A stretch of 64,000 nt of DNA from Paraspadella gotoi (GCA_051294375.1 JBJCIZ010000239.1:4655834-4719833), one strand, 5' to 3'. Positions 1-13,962 are shown, counted from the first letter of the stretch. Notes: generated by a model not told the origin, from the letters alone. Program-made: numbers and translations.

Positions 1-1274
1 AGAGAGAAGATAAAGGAAAGAGAGAGAGAGACGAGAGAGACGAGAGAGAGATGAGGAAGAGGAGAGAGAGGAAGGAGAGGGATGCGGGGGAGGGAGAAGG
101 GGGACGAGGGAGGAGAACGGGAGTGGGGTGAGAGAGGGAGGGGAGAGATGGAGGGAGGAGAGGAGCAGATTGAGAGAAAGAAGAGAGAGAGGAGAAATCA
201 AAGCCTTCGCGGAGACCTGAGAGGTCTGAGAATTTTTTTCTGTTGTTTTCAGACGTTAATTGAAGGTTAAAAGTCACCGACCCGTGGCGAGAGAATATTG
301 GCGAGAGAGAGAAGATAAGGAGAGAGAGAAAGAAGAAGAAAAGAGAGAGAAGGGAGAAGAGAGAAGAGAGAGAGGGGTCCCTTTCAGACATAGGAGACAA
401 AGACGCAGAAATAAAAAATTGCATACGAGAGAGCCAAGAAAAAAAAAAAGGTAAAAGAGTAAAAAATGAGACCTAAATGAAGAGGAAGAGAGAAAATAAA
501 AAAAAAATGAAAAGAAAAAAAAAAAGATAATGAAAAAGAAAAAAAGGAAGAAAAAGAAAAGAAATAAGAAAAAAAAAGGAAAGAAAAAAAGAAAGAAGAG
601 AAAAAGAAAAAGAAAAGAAAAAAGAAAAGAAAAAAAAGAAAAATATAAATTAAAAGAAAAGAAAAAGAAAAGAAAAGAAAAAAAAGAAAAGAAAAGAAAA
701 GAAAAGAAAAAAAATAAAAGAAAAGAAAAGAAAAGAAAAGAAAAGAGAAAAGAGAAAAAAAAGAAAAAAAAAAAAAAAAGAGGGAGGAAAAAAAGAAAAG
801 AAAGAAAGAAAGTAAGAGAAAAGAAAAGAAAAAAAGAAATAAAAAAAAGAAAAGAATAAAAAGAAAAAAGGGAAAAGAAGAAAAAAAAAGAAAAGAAAAA
901 GGAAAAGGGAAAAAGAAAAAAAAAAAAAAAAAGGTAAAACAAACAAAGAAAAGAAAAAAAAAAGAAAAAAAAAAAAGAAAAAAAAAAATAATATTTATAT
1001 ATAAAATTAAAATAAAAAAAAAAAGAGGAAAAGAAATAGAAAAAGAAAAGACCAAAAAAAAAGAAAAGAAAAAAAAAAAACGGAATATATAAATATAATA
1101 TAAGAAGAAGAGGAAGAAAGAGAAGAAAAATCTCTCATTTACGATCGCCAGATTCTTTTTCTCCGCCTCTTTCTCCGTTATTCGGCCCTTCCTCTATTTT
1201 TGAGAGCTGCGGAATTATATCCCCTCTCCTCTCCTCTCATCTCTCTTCTCTCTCTCTCTCCTCATCCTCTCTCT

Positions 1275-1311
<37 letters not shown>

Positions 1312-1477
1312 CCGACGCCCAGATTGAGAATCGGGCTTTACATTCAATTCCTTTTTAATTCCATTACCATCAGACAAAAATTAACGACAATAAGACAAAT
1401 GGATATCCGGCTTTCTCTCTCTCTTCTCTCTCTCTTCTCTTTCTCTCCTCTCTTTCCCTCACCTCCTCCCTTCTCTC

Positions 1478-1510
<33 letters not shown>

Positions 1511-4130
1511 TTTTTCTCTCTCTCTCTCTTCTCTATTTCTCTCTCTCTAGTATCCCTTCTTATAACTTAAACCTTAAGATGTTTAAATTTTTTGTTTTAG
1601 TTTGGTGAGACAGTACACAACCATTTATATTCAAAAAAGCGCTCGAACGACCATCTATTTCACGTGATATAAAAAAAAACCCCAAAAAGACAGTGAAAAC
1701 CAAAAAAATAAAAACAAAAAGTTGTCTATGCGCCAAAATAAAATACCCATCCAAGCAGAAACTTTCCCGATTAATTTGAATCATTTATTTTGGGGTTTTT
1801 TCTACTTCTCTTTTTTCTTCTTCTTTCTTTCTTTCCTTCTCTCTCTCTCACTCTCTTCTTTCCGTTCTCGCTCTTTCTCTCTCTCCTCTCCTCTCTCTCC
1901 TCCTCCTCTCTCTCTCTCTCTCTTCTTCTCTCTCTCTCTCTCTCTCTTCTCTCTCTTCTCTTTTTCCCACATTCTTAGCCATCATTTTCATTCATGGACA
2001 GAGCAAGAGACGAAAGCGCAAAACCTTTCGCTCGAGTTTTAACGCTAAAAAACCAATAATCACATTATTTATAATAAAAATAATAATAATTAATAATAAT
2101 AATTAATAATAATATAATATTAAAATAAGATAAAATATAATAAAAATAATAATAATAATAAAAAATAAGTAGGTATAATAAAAATGGTAATTCTACGACT
2201 CATTTTATACGAATTGAAAAAATCAAGAAACCATTGATATAAATAACTAGCACTCAAAAATAAATTATAAAACGTAAATTAAATTTATAACTTGTTTAAG
2301 CGTATTCTTCGTCCCTCCCTTTTTATAATCGCGAAATGCAGAAAACAAATTAATCTCTCGATCGACAAATCTCTCTCTCTTCTTCTGTCCTCTCCTTCTC
2401 TCCTCTCTCTTCTCCTCCTCCTCTCTCTCTTCCTCTCTCCCTTCTCTCTGCTCTCTGNNNNNNNNNNNNNNNNNNNNNNNNNAGAGAGATAGAGAGAGAG
2501 AGAAAGAAAAAGAGAGAGAGAGAGGGAGAGAGAGGGAGAGAGAGAGGGGGGTCTTTCAGACGTAGAGACAGACAGACGCAGAGAATATAAAAATTGCACG
2601 AGAGGCCAAGAAAAAAAGTAAAAGAGTAAAAAAGTGAGACTGAAATTGAAGAGGAAGAGAGAAATAAAAAAAAAANNNNNNNNNNNNNNNNNNNNNNNNN
2701 NNNNNNNNNNNNNNNNNNNNNNNNNNNNNNNNNNNNNNNNNNNNNNNNNNNNNNNNNNNNNNNNNNNNNNNNNNNNNNNNNNNNNNNNNNNNNNNNNNNN
2801 NNNNNNNNNNNNNNNNNNNNNNNNNNNNNNNNNNNNNNNNNNNNNNNNNNNNNNNNNNNNNNNNNNNNNNNNNNNNNNNNNNNNNNNNNNNNNNNNNNNN
2901 NNNNNNNNNNNNNNNNNNNNNNNNNNNNNNNNNNNNNNNNNNNNNNNNNNNNNNNNNNNNNNNNNNNNNNNNNNNNNNNNNNNNNNNNNNNNNNNNNNNN
3001 NNNNNNNNNNNNNNNNNNNNNNNNNNNNNNNNNNNNNNNNNNNNNNNNNNNNNNNAGAAAAGAAAAGAAAAGAAAATAAATAAAAAAGAAAAGAATAAAA
3101 AAGAAAAGAAAAGAAAAAAAAGAAAAGAAAGAAAAGAAAGAAAAGAAAAGAAAAGAAAAGAAAATAAATAAAAAAGAAAGAAAAGAAAAGAAAAGAAAAG
3201 AAAAGAAAAGAAAAGAAAAGAAAAGAGAAGAAAAATCTCATTTCGACGCAGATTCTTTTTCTCGCCTCTTTCTCCTTATTCGGCCCTTCCTCTATTTTGA
3301 GAGCTGCGAATTTATTCCACCTCTCTCTCTCTCTCTCTCTCTCTNNNNNNNNNNNNNNNNNNNNNNNNNNNNNNNNNNNNNNNNNNNNNNNNNNNNNNNN
3401 NNNNNNNNNNNNNNNNNNNNNNNNNNNNNNNNNNNNNNNNNNNNNNNNNNNNNNNNNNNNNNNNNNNNNNNNNNNNNNNNNNNNNNNNNNNNNNNNNNNN
3501 NNNNNNNNNNNNNNNNNNNNNNNNNNNNNNNNNNNNNNNNNNNNNNNNNNNNNNNNNNNNNNNNNNNNNNNNNNNTCTTTCTCTATTTCTCTCTCTCTTA
3601 GGTATCCTCTTCTTTAACTTAAATCCTTTAATATGTTAAATTTTTGTTTAGTTTGGTGAGACAGTTTACACAACCATTGATATTCAAAAAAGCGCCTCTG
3701 ACGACCATCTATTTCACGTGAATTAAAAAACAAAAGACAGTGAAACCATAAAAAGATAAAAAACAAAAGTTGTCGTGCGCCAAATAAATTACCCATCCAA
3801 GCAGAACTTTCCCGATTAATTTGAATCATTTTATTTTTTCTACTTCTCTTTTTTTCTTTCTTTCTTTCTTTCTTTCTTTCTCTCTCTCTCACTCTCATTT
3901 CTTTCCGGTTCTCGCTCTCTCTCTCTCCTCTCTCTGCTCTCTCTCTCTCTCTCTATCTCCTCTCTTTCTCTCTCGTCTCTTCTCTCTCTCTCTCTTCTCT
4001 CGTCTCTCTCTCTTCTCTCTTTCCCACACTGTGCATGCCATCCATTCTTTCATTTCTATTGATCAGAAGACAGAGACGAAGCGCCAAAAGAGATCCCCTC
4101 TTCTCGCTCGTCGCAGACTTTTCATAGACT
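1..4130. repeat. Two successive copies of the same ~2.3-kb AG/AAAG-microsatellite-rich unit (about 1-2457 and 2482-4130)
   Basis: Unique anchors recur in order: ggggtc..ttcagac (375/2547), cagattctttttct..ttattcggcccttcc (1149/3249), ccatctatttcacgtga (1651/3705). The copies differ mostly by indels and are separated by a 25-N gap. Confidence 0.8.
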
Positions 4131-5595
4131 CTTGTATAACAAACTTAACAAGACCCCTAATAAATCATCCCTTAAAATATGTATGAAGTTAATAATAATG
4201 ATATAAATTAATGATAATAATATGATAACATGCCGAAATCACAATGCAGAATAATAATATGAATCATAATCGAATTGCGCCGCAAGATGTCATCATGAAT
4301 CCCGCATCAATAAATGCAATCACATATGCTCCTACATCAGATAATAATCGGCCCAATAGCAAGTACTCGGGATACTACTCATCGAAATTAAGACTCCGGT
4401 AATTCCTCTCAGCACATATAACCGGGTTTCCATCGCTTGCTATCTTGTTTACTACGACATTTCTACTATAAATATCTCAACGTGTATCAAACCTGCGCCA
4501 CACATCGTGATCCACATAATCAAACGCTCTGTACATACACTTCTAACTACCCTCTCGCTCAATCAATATACGGTAATCGCACAACATAACCTCATCAAAC
4601 TCGTACATCTCAGCACTATCCCCACTAACTAATCACACGACTCGAGTCACTCGCCTCGATCATCCACACTAATGCATAAATCACCGCTCATCAAGCTCTA
4701 CCTTTGCTCTACAACGCGTATTCAGCTTCCATTTATCGCTCCCTTTTCATCGCTGCATACTTAATCTCGCGCTCGTGTGAAAGCAGACGACACCAATCCA
4801 CAGACACTCTCTGTAATCACCTGTAACGCTCCCTCCACTCCGCTTCCGACTTCGCTCGATCTCATATCGTCATCTCTCTACAGCATCCAGATGCTCCTCG
4901 CACGCTCTGCTGTCACCCACGCTCACTGATGTTCTCACTGATCCTCCATCTGCTCTCTCTCATACATCCTCGCCACAATCTGCTGTCTCCTCATCTGCTT
5001 CTCTTCCTCTCTCTTCCTGCTCTCTCATGCTCTCTCTTCTCACTCACTACCGACGCTCTCTCCCTCCTACGTCACTCTTCGCTCTCCACTACTACTGTCT
5101 CTCTTCTCCTCTCATCTTTCTCTCCCCGGGAGGAGAGAGTTTAATCTTTTAGGCTGTTGGTCTTGATCCATTTGCTTCTAAAATTCCAGTGAGCCTCTAC
5201 TTCTTGAAACTTTTTATTTTACCATTTTTTGCCTACCGTATACTATCGAAGTGTATTATTTTTTTCTTAAATTATCTATAACGAAAATCGTTTTACTACA
5301 AAAAACTACTAATACGTTGTTCAGAAAAAAAGCAGAAAGTGGCGCAAACGACAAAACCAAACGAGCAAATACATTCACTAATAACGTGACGAAAAGCATT
5401 AAACAACAAAATTTAATTATAGTAGACCCGAAAAAGTCTGAAAAAAATTTTTCGGGAAAGCTGTCTTCTTACAAATATCAGTTTTCAATTTTCAATAGGA
5501 AGAACATCTAAGTAGAGATAATGAATGTCAATTCAGCAGCAGTTATTCAGGTTACATTGATGTAAAACTTAATGTAAATTCAGCAGGTTTTATTT

Positions 5596-7170
5596 CGGTT
5601 CCATTGGGATTCCTCCAACAGGATTCCTTCCCCACGCGGGATTCTCTTCGGCACGCGGGCATTCCTCCCACAGCCGGGTTTTCCTCCCACACAGGGATTT
5701 CCTCCCCAAGGGATTCCTTGCCCAATTGAGAATTGCTCCCACAGTCGGGGATGTCTCCCAAAGGAATCCTCCGCACACGGGCATTCCTCCCAAAGGAATT
5801 CCTTCGCCACGCGCGGATTCGCTCCACACGACGGGTTCCTCCCCACAGCAATTCCTCCCCAATGGGAATTCCCTCCCAAACGCGGGATTCCTCCCACACG
5901 GGATCTCCTCCCACACGGGATTCCTCCCACACGATGGCGCTCCTCCCACGCGGGATTCCTTCCCACGCGGGGGATTTCCTTCCCATCGCGGGATCTGCCC
6001 GCCCACGCGGGCATTCCTCCCACCCACGGTATTCCTCCCATCACTAGTGCTAATCCCTCCCACACGGATTCCTTCCCACGCGGGATTCCTCCCACGCGGG
6101 TTCCTCCCACGCAGAATCCTCCCACACAGAATTGCGCCTCCCCACCGCCGGGCATTCCTTCCCACACGCGCGATATCCTCCCCACAGCGAAATTCCTCCC
6201 CATGCGCCGGTGCATTCCTCCACGCAGAATTCCTTCCCACACGGGATTCCTCCCATTGTGGCGATTACTTCCGATGTGTGGATCATCCTCCGCACACTGG
6301 GATTCCTCCCACGTCGGTCATTTAATTTAGTCAAACGACATGAATTTTCGTCAGCTCGGCATAATTTTCGGTCACAGTTAACATTATTGTTTCGCGTTCA
6401 ACCGGCCATAATTTGGTCAACTGGGCATAATTTTATCAGACTGGCCATGAATTTGTCTGTTCAACGGCATAATTATGGCGTCGATACTGGGCATAATTTG
6501 CCGGTCAAACAGGCCCATAAGTCGTTGGTGCAACTCTGCGGCAGCAAGCTTTGGTTCAACTGCGCAAATTTGCGGTCCAACTGGCATGACAGTTGTTGCG
6601 TCAACTTGCAGCAATGTTGATGCAGACTGCAATATTTCGTTTGTCGAAATTGCATAATTGGCTTTAAGACGGGTGGCGAGTAATTTGCGGTTCACGACTG
6701 GCATAATTTCGGGTCAACTGACATGATCTTTTGTCCAATTGCATAAATCTTGGTTTCAATCAATCAATCTAGATCAATGGAATCCCGTGTGGCGATGAAT
6801 CCCCGTTGCTGAGAGCGAAATCAGTGTGGAGGAGTCTCATGTGGGGGCTAATCCTGTGTGGCAGGAATCCCGCGCTGGGCAGGGAATCCCGTCTGTGGGA
6901 GGAATCCCTGCGTGGAGGAAACCCCGTGGTGGGAGGAATCCCCGTGTGGAGGAATCCCGCTGTGGGAGAGGAATCCCGCGGTTGGAGGAATGCCCGTCGT
7001 GGGGAGGAAGTCCCGCGTGGGAGGAATCTCAGTTGGGAGGAATCCCGTGTGGGAGGAATCCGGTGTGGAGGAATACCGTGTGGAGGTAATCCCGCTGTGG
7101 AGGAATCCCGTGCTGGGAGGAATCCCGCGTGCGGAGAAATCCCGCGTGGGAGGAATCTGTTGCGGAGGGA
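5596..7170 (+). mobile_element. Noisy second representation of the minisatellite-armed foldback element at 11505
   Basis: Same left flank (5100-5595 matches 11080-11504) and same start cggttccattgggattcc. GGGATTCCTCCCAC(A/G)C array to ~6312, ctggcataatttggtcaa-type repeats 6340-6730, inverted array 6779-7170. Confidence 0.75.
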
Positions 7171-7309
7171 AATCTCTCTCTTNNNNNNNNNNNNNNNNNN
7201 NNNNNNNACATTCATGCCATCATTTTTCATTCTATTTGACAGAAGACAAGAGACGAAGCGCAAAACCTTTCGCTTCGAGTTTAACGCTAAAAAACCAATA
7301 ATCACTTTA

Positions 7310-7311
7310 AT

Positions 7312-7402
<91 letters not shown>

Positions 7403-7404
7403 TA
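7310..7404. repeat. (AAT)n microsatellite
   Basis: Pure taa tract. Confidence 0.95.
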
Positions 7405-8899
7405 AGTAGGTATAAAAATGGTAATTCTACGGTCATTATGACGAATTAAAAATCAAGGAAACCATTGATAAATAACTACACTTCGATAAATAAATTTATA
7501 AAACGTTAAATAAATATACTTTGTTTAAGCGTTATTCTTCGTCTTTTTTAATCGCGAAAGCAGAAACAAATTTTAATCTCGTCGATCGAAATCTCTCTCT
7601 CTCTCTCTGTCTCTCTCTCTCTCTNNNNNNNNNNNNNNNNNNNNNNNNNCAGTAGTAGTGGAGAGCGAAGAGTGACGTAGGAGGGAGAGAGCGTCGGTAG
7701 TGAGTGAGAAGAGAGAGCATGAGAGAGCAGGAAGAGAGAGGAAGAGAAGCAGATGAGGAGACAGCAGATTGTGGCGAGGATGTATGAGAGAGAGCAGATG
7801 GAGGATCAGTGAGAACATCAGTGAGCGTGGGTGACAGCAGAGCGTGCGAGGAGCATCTGGATGCTGTAGAGAGATGACGATATGAGATCGAGCGAAGTCG
7901 GAAGCGGAGTGGAGGGAGCGTTACAGGTGATTACAGAGAGTGTCTGTGGATTGGTGTCGTCTGCTTTCACACGAGCGCGAGATTAAGTATGCAGCGATGA
8001 AAAGGGAGCGATAAATGGAAGCTGAATACGCGTTGTAGAGCAAAGGTAGAGCTTGATGAGCGGTGATTTATGCATTAGTGTGGATGATCGAGGCGAGTGA
8101 CTCGAGTCGTGTGATTAGTTAGTGGGGATAGTGCTGAGATGTACGAGTTTGATGAGGTTATGTTGTGCGATTACCGTATATTGATTGAGCGAGAGGGTAG
8201 TTAGAAGTGTATGTACAGAGCGTTTGATTATGTGGATCACGATGTGTGGCGCAGGTTTGATACACGTTGAGATATTTATAGTAGAAATGTCGTAGTAAAC
8301 AAGATAGCAAGCGATGGAAACCCGGTTATATGTGCTGAGAGGAATTACCGGAGTCTTAATTTCGATGAGTAGTATCCCGAGTACTTGCTATTGGGCCGAT
8401 TATTATCTGATGTAGGAGCATATGTGATTGCATTTATTGATGCGGGATTCATGATGACATCTTGCGGCGCAATTCGATTATGATTCATATTATTATTCTG
8501 CATTGTGATTTCGGCATGTTATCATATTATTATCATTAATTTATATCATTATTATTAACTTCATACATATTTTAAGGGATGATTTATTAGGGGTCTTGTT
8601 AAGTTTGTTATACAAGAGTCTATGAAAAGTCTGCGACGAGCGAGAAGAGGGGATCTCTTTTGGCGCTTCGTCTCTGTCTTCTGATCAATAGAAATGAAAG
8701 AATGGATGGCATGCACAGTGTGGGAAAGAGAGAAGAGAGAGAGACGAGAGAAGAGAGAGAGAGAGAAGAGACGAGAGAGAAAGAGAGGAGATAGAGAGAG
8801 AGAGAGAGAGCAGAGAGAGGAGAGAGAGAGAGCGAGAACCGGAAAGAAATGAGAGTGAGAGAGAGAGAAAGAGAAGAAAGAAAGAAAGAAAGAGAAAAA

Positions 8900-10710
8900 A
8901 AAAAAGAGAAGTAGACAAAAATAAAATGATTCAAATTAAATGCGGGAAAGTTCTGCTTGGATGGGTAAGTTTATTTGGCCGGCACATGAGCAACATTCTT
9001 GTTTTTTAATCTTGTTATAGATGGTATTCCAACTGTCTTTTGTTTGTGAATTCAACGAGTGAAATAGATGGTCGCGTCTAGGAGGCGCTTTTTGAATATC
9101 AAGTTGGTTGATGTAAACTGTCGTCAAGCAAACATAAACAAAATTTAAAGCATGATTAAAGGGAGTTTAGGATGGATTAAGAAGAGAGGATGACCTGAAA
9201 TAAGGAGAGAGAGATGAAGAATAGGAGAAAGATTGTAGAGGTCAGATAGGAGTAGGAGCAGAAGAGGAGAGGAAGTAGAGATGGGAGAAAGAGAGGCGAT
9301 ACGACGGAGACGTGGAGCGTGGAGAGCAGGAGAAGGAGAGAGAGAGTAGGAGGAGCAGCAGAGAGAGAGAGAGAGAGAGAGAGCAAGCGGATTCTATTTT
9401 GTCTTATTCGTCGTTAATGTTTGTCTGATGGTAATGGAATTAAAGGACACTGTGAGATGAATAAAGAATAAAGGTTGTGCCCGAGTTCTCGCACTCTGGC
9501 GGACTAGAGAGAGACGAGAGTGACGGAGAGAGAGACGAGAGAAGAGAGAGAGAGAGCAGAGACGCAGAGAGGAGGAGAAGCAGAGAGAGAGAGAGAGAAG
9601 AGGAGGTGGACGATAAATTGCGCAGCTCTCAAAATAAGAGGAAGGGGCCCGAATAACGGAGCCACAAGAGGCGAGAACAAAAGAATGCTGCGTCGGAATG
9701 AGATTGTTTTCTTCTCTTTTCTATTCTGCATTTCCTGTTTCTATTTCTTTTCTTTTCTTTCTTTGTCTTGTTGCTTTCTTTTTTATGTTATTTTTCTCTG
9801 TTCTTGTTATTATGTATTTCTGTCTGGCCTTTTCTGTTCCTTTTTTATGTGCTGGTTGTTGCTGTTTTTCATTTAGCTGTTTTCTTTCTTTGTCTGCCTT
9901 TGCCTTTTCTCGTTGCCATTATCACTTTTACTTTTCTTTTATTTCTTTTGCTTCTTTTCGTTCTCTTCTTTTTCTTTATTTTTTCTTTTTGCCTTCTTTT
10001 CAGTTTTTCTTTTCTATTGCTATTTCACTCTTTGTCTTTTCTCTATTGTCGTTTTCTTATTGTTTCATTTTTTATTCCGTTTTCTTTTTTATTTATTGTT
10101 CTTGCCTTTCTCTCTTCTTCTTCTTTTCATTATCTCATTTTCTCCTCTTATTTTTTCTTTTCTTTTTCTTTTCTTTTCCTTTTCTTATTGCTTTTGCTTT
10201 TCCTTATCTTTTACGTTGTTTTCTTTTATTTATCTCTTCTGTTAATTTTCTTTTTCTCGTATCCTTTTCTTATTCTTTTGCCTCTTCTTCTCGCTTTTTC
10301 TGTTTCTATATCTTCTTCCTTTTCTTTTCTTTTCTTATCTTTTTCTTTTCTTTGCATTTTTTTATTTTTTTATGTTCTCTCTTCTCCTTGTCAAACTTTC
10401 AGTCCCATCAATTTATTTTTACTCTTTACTTTTTTTCTTGGCCTCGTGCGTGCAATTATTTATGACTTCTCTTGCGTGCGTGTCTGTGCTCTACGTCTGA
10501 AAGACCCGGCCCTGCTGCCTCATCAGATCAACTCAATCTCCTCGCTCTCTGCCTGAGAGAGCAGTCTTTCTGTCTCATCTCTCTATACGCCTCTCCTCGG
10601 CTGCAATCCTTCTTCCCTCAGGCCGAACGATCGTGAAGCTTATTAACCTCATTACGTCGATGAAACACAGAAAAAAAATCTGCTCAGACTCTCACGCTTC
10701 TCCGCGAGCG
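8900..10710 (-). repeat. Noisy reverse-complement copy of the 1-4130 unit
   Basis: ctacgtctgaaagaccc (10490), gaaggggcccgaataacgg (9641) and aaaaaaaatctgctcagactctc (10671) are reverse complements of anchors at 2547, 1175 and 220. Confidence 0.75.
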
Positions 10711-11050
10711 CTTCTGATTCTCCTCCCTCTTCTCTCTCTCTCTCTCGTCTCTCTCTCTCTCTCTCTTGTTCCTTTCTATCTGCTCTCTCCTCACTCCCTG
10801 CTCTCCTTTCCGTTTTATGTATTCTGTTCCATACAAATCACATAAACATTTCCCGCCTTAACCTAAATTCGTTTATTTTGCTCTTCCTGCCCCCAGTGCT
10901 TTTAAATCTCCGTCTGCTCGTCTCTCGGTCTCCGTGCGTCTCTCATCTCTCTGGTCTGCATCTCTCTCTAGTCATATCTCTCTCTCTCTCCTCGTCATCT
11001 CTCTGCACTCTCGTCATTATTCATCTCTGCCTCTCTCTCTCAGCATTTAC

Positions 11051-11088
<38 letters not shown>

Positions 11089-11504
11089 CCGGGAGAGAGA
11101 GTTTTAATCTTTTAGCTGTTGGGGTTTGATCCATTTGTTCTAAAATTCAGTGAGCCTTTGAACTTTTTATTTTAATTTTTGATACCGTACTATCGAATAT
11201 TATTTTTTTTTAAATTATTATACAAAATGTTTACTACAAAAAACTACTAAGTTGTCAGAAAAAAAGAAGTGGCGCAAAAGACAAAACCAAAACCGAGCAA
11301 AACATTCACTAATAACGTACGAAAAGCATAAACAAAAAATTTCAATATAGTAGACCCAAAAAGTCTGAAAAAAATTTTTGGGAAGCTGTCTCTTAAATAT
11401 CAGTTTAAATATCAATAGGAAAACATTAAGTAGGAAATGAATGTCAATTCAGCAGGTTATTCAGGTACATTGATGTAAAATTAATGTAAATTCAGCAGGT
11501 TATT

Positions 11505-13325
11505 CGGTTCCATTGGGATTCCTCCCAACAGGATTCCTCCCANNNNNNNNNNNNNNNNNNNNNNNNNACGCGGATTCCTCCCACGCCGCGGATTCCTACC
11601 GGGTCTCCCACAGGGTTTCCTCCCACACAGGTTCCTCCCCAGATCCTTCCAATGGAATTGCTCCCACACGGGATTCCTACCCAAAGGAATTCCTCCCAAC
11701 GGGATTCCTCCCAATACGGGAATTCCTCCCACGCGGGATTCCTCCCAACACGGCTGGTTCCTCCCCACAGAATTCCTCCCCATGGAATTCCTCCCACGCG
11801 GATTCCTCCCACACGGGATTCCTCGCCACACGGGATTTCCTCCCACACGAGGCACGTTCCTCCATCGGCGAGTTCCTCCCACGCGGGATTCCTCCCACAC
11901 GGGATTCCTCCCACGCGGATTCCCTCCCGACGCGCGTATTCCTCCCCACAGTATTCCTCCCACACGGGATTCCTCCCACGCGGGATTTCCGCCCACGCGG
12001 GATTCCTCACCACGCGCGTATTCCTCCCACACAGGATTCCCTCCCACACGGATTCCTCCCCACGCCGGATTCCTCCCGCGCGGGATTCCTCCCACGCAGA
12101 ATATCCTCCTCACACCCAAGAAATTCCTCCCACGCGGGATTTCCTCCCACACGCGGATTCCTCCCACACGAATTCCTCCCATGCGTGGATTCCTCCCAGC
12201 AGATTCCTCCCACACGGGATTCCTTCCCATGTGGGATTTCTTTTCCAATGGGATTCCTCCCACACGCGGATTCCTCGCCATACTGACATAATTTTCAGTT
12301 CAACTAACATCAATTTTCGTTCAGCTGCATAATTTGGTCAGATTAACACTTATTTGGCTACGCAACAAACCATTGGACTGCCAGCACTGGAATTGACAAA
12401 GAATATTAACTTAGGCTGTATTGTATATATCTTAATGATGTCAGATGAGAATCCCGTTAGAATCCTCATAACAAGAAACCCCACGAGAGAATCCCAAATC
12501 CCGTAAATCCCGAAAATCCAAACCCTGAAATCCCAGCGTGAGAATCTGTCTAGAACTGCGACAATCTCCGCTAAATCCCGCGTAAATCCCTAAAGCCCGA
12601 AAAACCGAACCGACGAATCCCACTGAGAATCCGAGAACTGGTAGTGGAAATATTACCGCTCGAGGAATGCCGAAATCCCGGTGAATCCGGTAAACCCGGT
12701 GAGAAACCCTGAAATCCCGTATAAACCCGAAACCCCTAAATCCAGAAACTAAACCCCGAACCCGCGTAAATGCCAAACCCGTAAATCCGAAATCCGTGAG
12801 CAATCCAAGAATCCTGTAGAATCCTAAACCCTAGACCCGCTGATGAAGCCCGCTCAAATCTGGAACCCAGCGAACCGAAACGCGAATTCTACTTAAACAT
12901 CAATACCGAATAACCTCAAAACATTGCCACTTAATGCCTAAAAAACTGAAAAACACTCCAAAACCAACTCAATAGATGAAACAGCCGACGAAAATCCCCT
13001 CGCGCCACTCGCCACAACTAAAGTAAACAAAAAAAAAATAATAATACGAGAACACAACAAATAAAAAAAAAACAAAGACTCACAATAGAACAAAATCGAA
13101 CAAACCAACAGCTAAAAGATAAACCCCCGAAGAAAGAGAAAAGAAGAAAAAAAACAAGAAGAAAAAAAAAAAACAAAGAAAAAGATGAAAAGAAGAGAAG
13201 AAGAACAAAGAGAAGAAGATCGATCACCCAAAACAGCGCCCGAAAAAATAAAAACCAAAAAAAACCCACAACAAAGTATCTATAAACCTTAGGAATCCCG
13301 TGTGGGAGGAATACCACAGCCACCG
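11505..13325 (+). mobile_element. Non-autonomous foldback-type DNA transposon, termini CGGT...ACCG, 6-bp TSD GTTATT
   Basis: GTTATT at 11499-11504 and 13326-13331. A ~16-bp GGGATTCCTCCCAC(A/G)C array at the left end is inverted (aggaatcccgtgtgggaggaataccacagccaccg) at the right end. Removing the element restores cagcag-gttatt-caggtacattgatgtaaaatt, identical to the adjacent tandem copy at 11450-11482. The interior 12330-13290 is low-quality sequence. Confidence 0.85.
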
Positions 13326-13560
13326 GTTATTCAGGTACATTGATGTAAAATTTTGTTTTCAATAAGAATTGATGTAAATTGAGTCGGAAATCAAAGTAAA
13401 ATTTATTTCTTTTAGTAAGTATAACGCGATGCTATCAGACAACCACGCTTCCGATAATTTGTAGCATCAGCGATAGCACCGCTATTATCGATTTTAAAAT
13501 CAACATTTCTTTCCAATTGAAAACAAGAAAAGAGAAACGAACAATTAAAAAAAAACATTT

Positions 13561-13962
13561 GGCTCTCTTTTTCCTGAGCGTCCCATTACTGTTATTTTAT
13601 CCCGGAATTTAAGTTGGTTTTTTTTTTAAGTTTGAATTTAAATTCAAGTTTGAGTTAATTTTTTATATATTGATTATTTTTTTTATTATTAATACCGATA
13701 AGAGTATTAAAAAAATCAGAAACAGTTTAAAAGACTGGAAAACCATAAACAAATAAAAACATAACTATTAAAATTTAAAAAAAAAAAAACGCTGATATTT
13801 AAAATGAAACCATTATTAAAAGTTTAACTTTAATATTCAACCGAACTACGTAAACTCATAACCTAATCCATTATCTTAACCCTAATCCATTATCTTTACC
13901 CTAATCCTTTTTTTTCTAATTCTAAATTCAAGATAAAACGGGGCTTTCTGAGAAAATAAGTC
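13561..13962. mobile_element. MITE with telomere-like interior (family copy)
   Basis: Left end ggctctctttttcctgagcgtcccatt, right end gataaaacggggctttctgagaaaataagtcc, internal ccctaa-like units. Confidence 0.6.

Larger units (their letters stand above)
3850..8900. repeat. Near-identical inverted duplication (about 3850-5097 vs 7650-8900); probable assembly artefact
   Basis: 7650 cagtagtagtggagagcgaagagtgacg is the reverse complement of the sequence ending at 5097. Identity continues through the garbled 4130-5095 block, and the arm starts directly at a 25-N gap. Confidence 0.85.

Noticed and set aside
11505-12285. CRISPR-like appearance of the GGGATTCCTCCCAC array
   Set aside because: Units are head-to-tail without unique spacers, there are no cas genes, and the context is eukaryotic.
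5552-12332. WEESRV/GGIP/RNP-repeat ORFs (also 45431-46273)
   Set aside because: These are translations of the 16-bp minisatellite, open in several frames on both strands.
12330-13290. A/C-rich unique-looking interior of the foldback
   Set aside because: It looks like a degraded read of the inverted minisatellite (residual gaatccc units with G loss), not real cargo.
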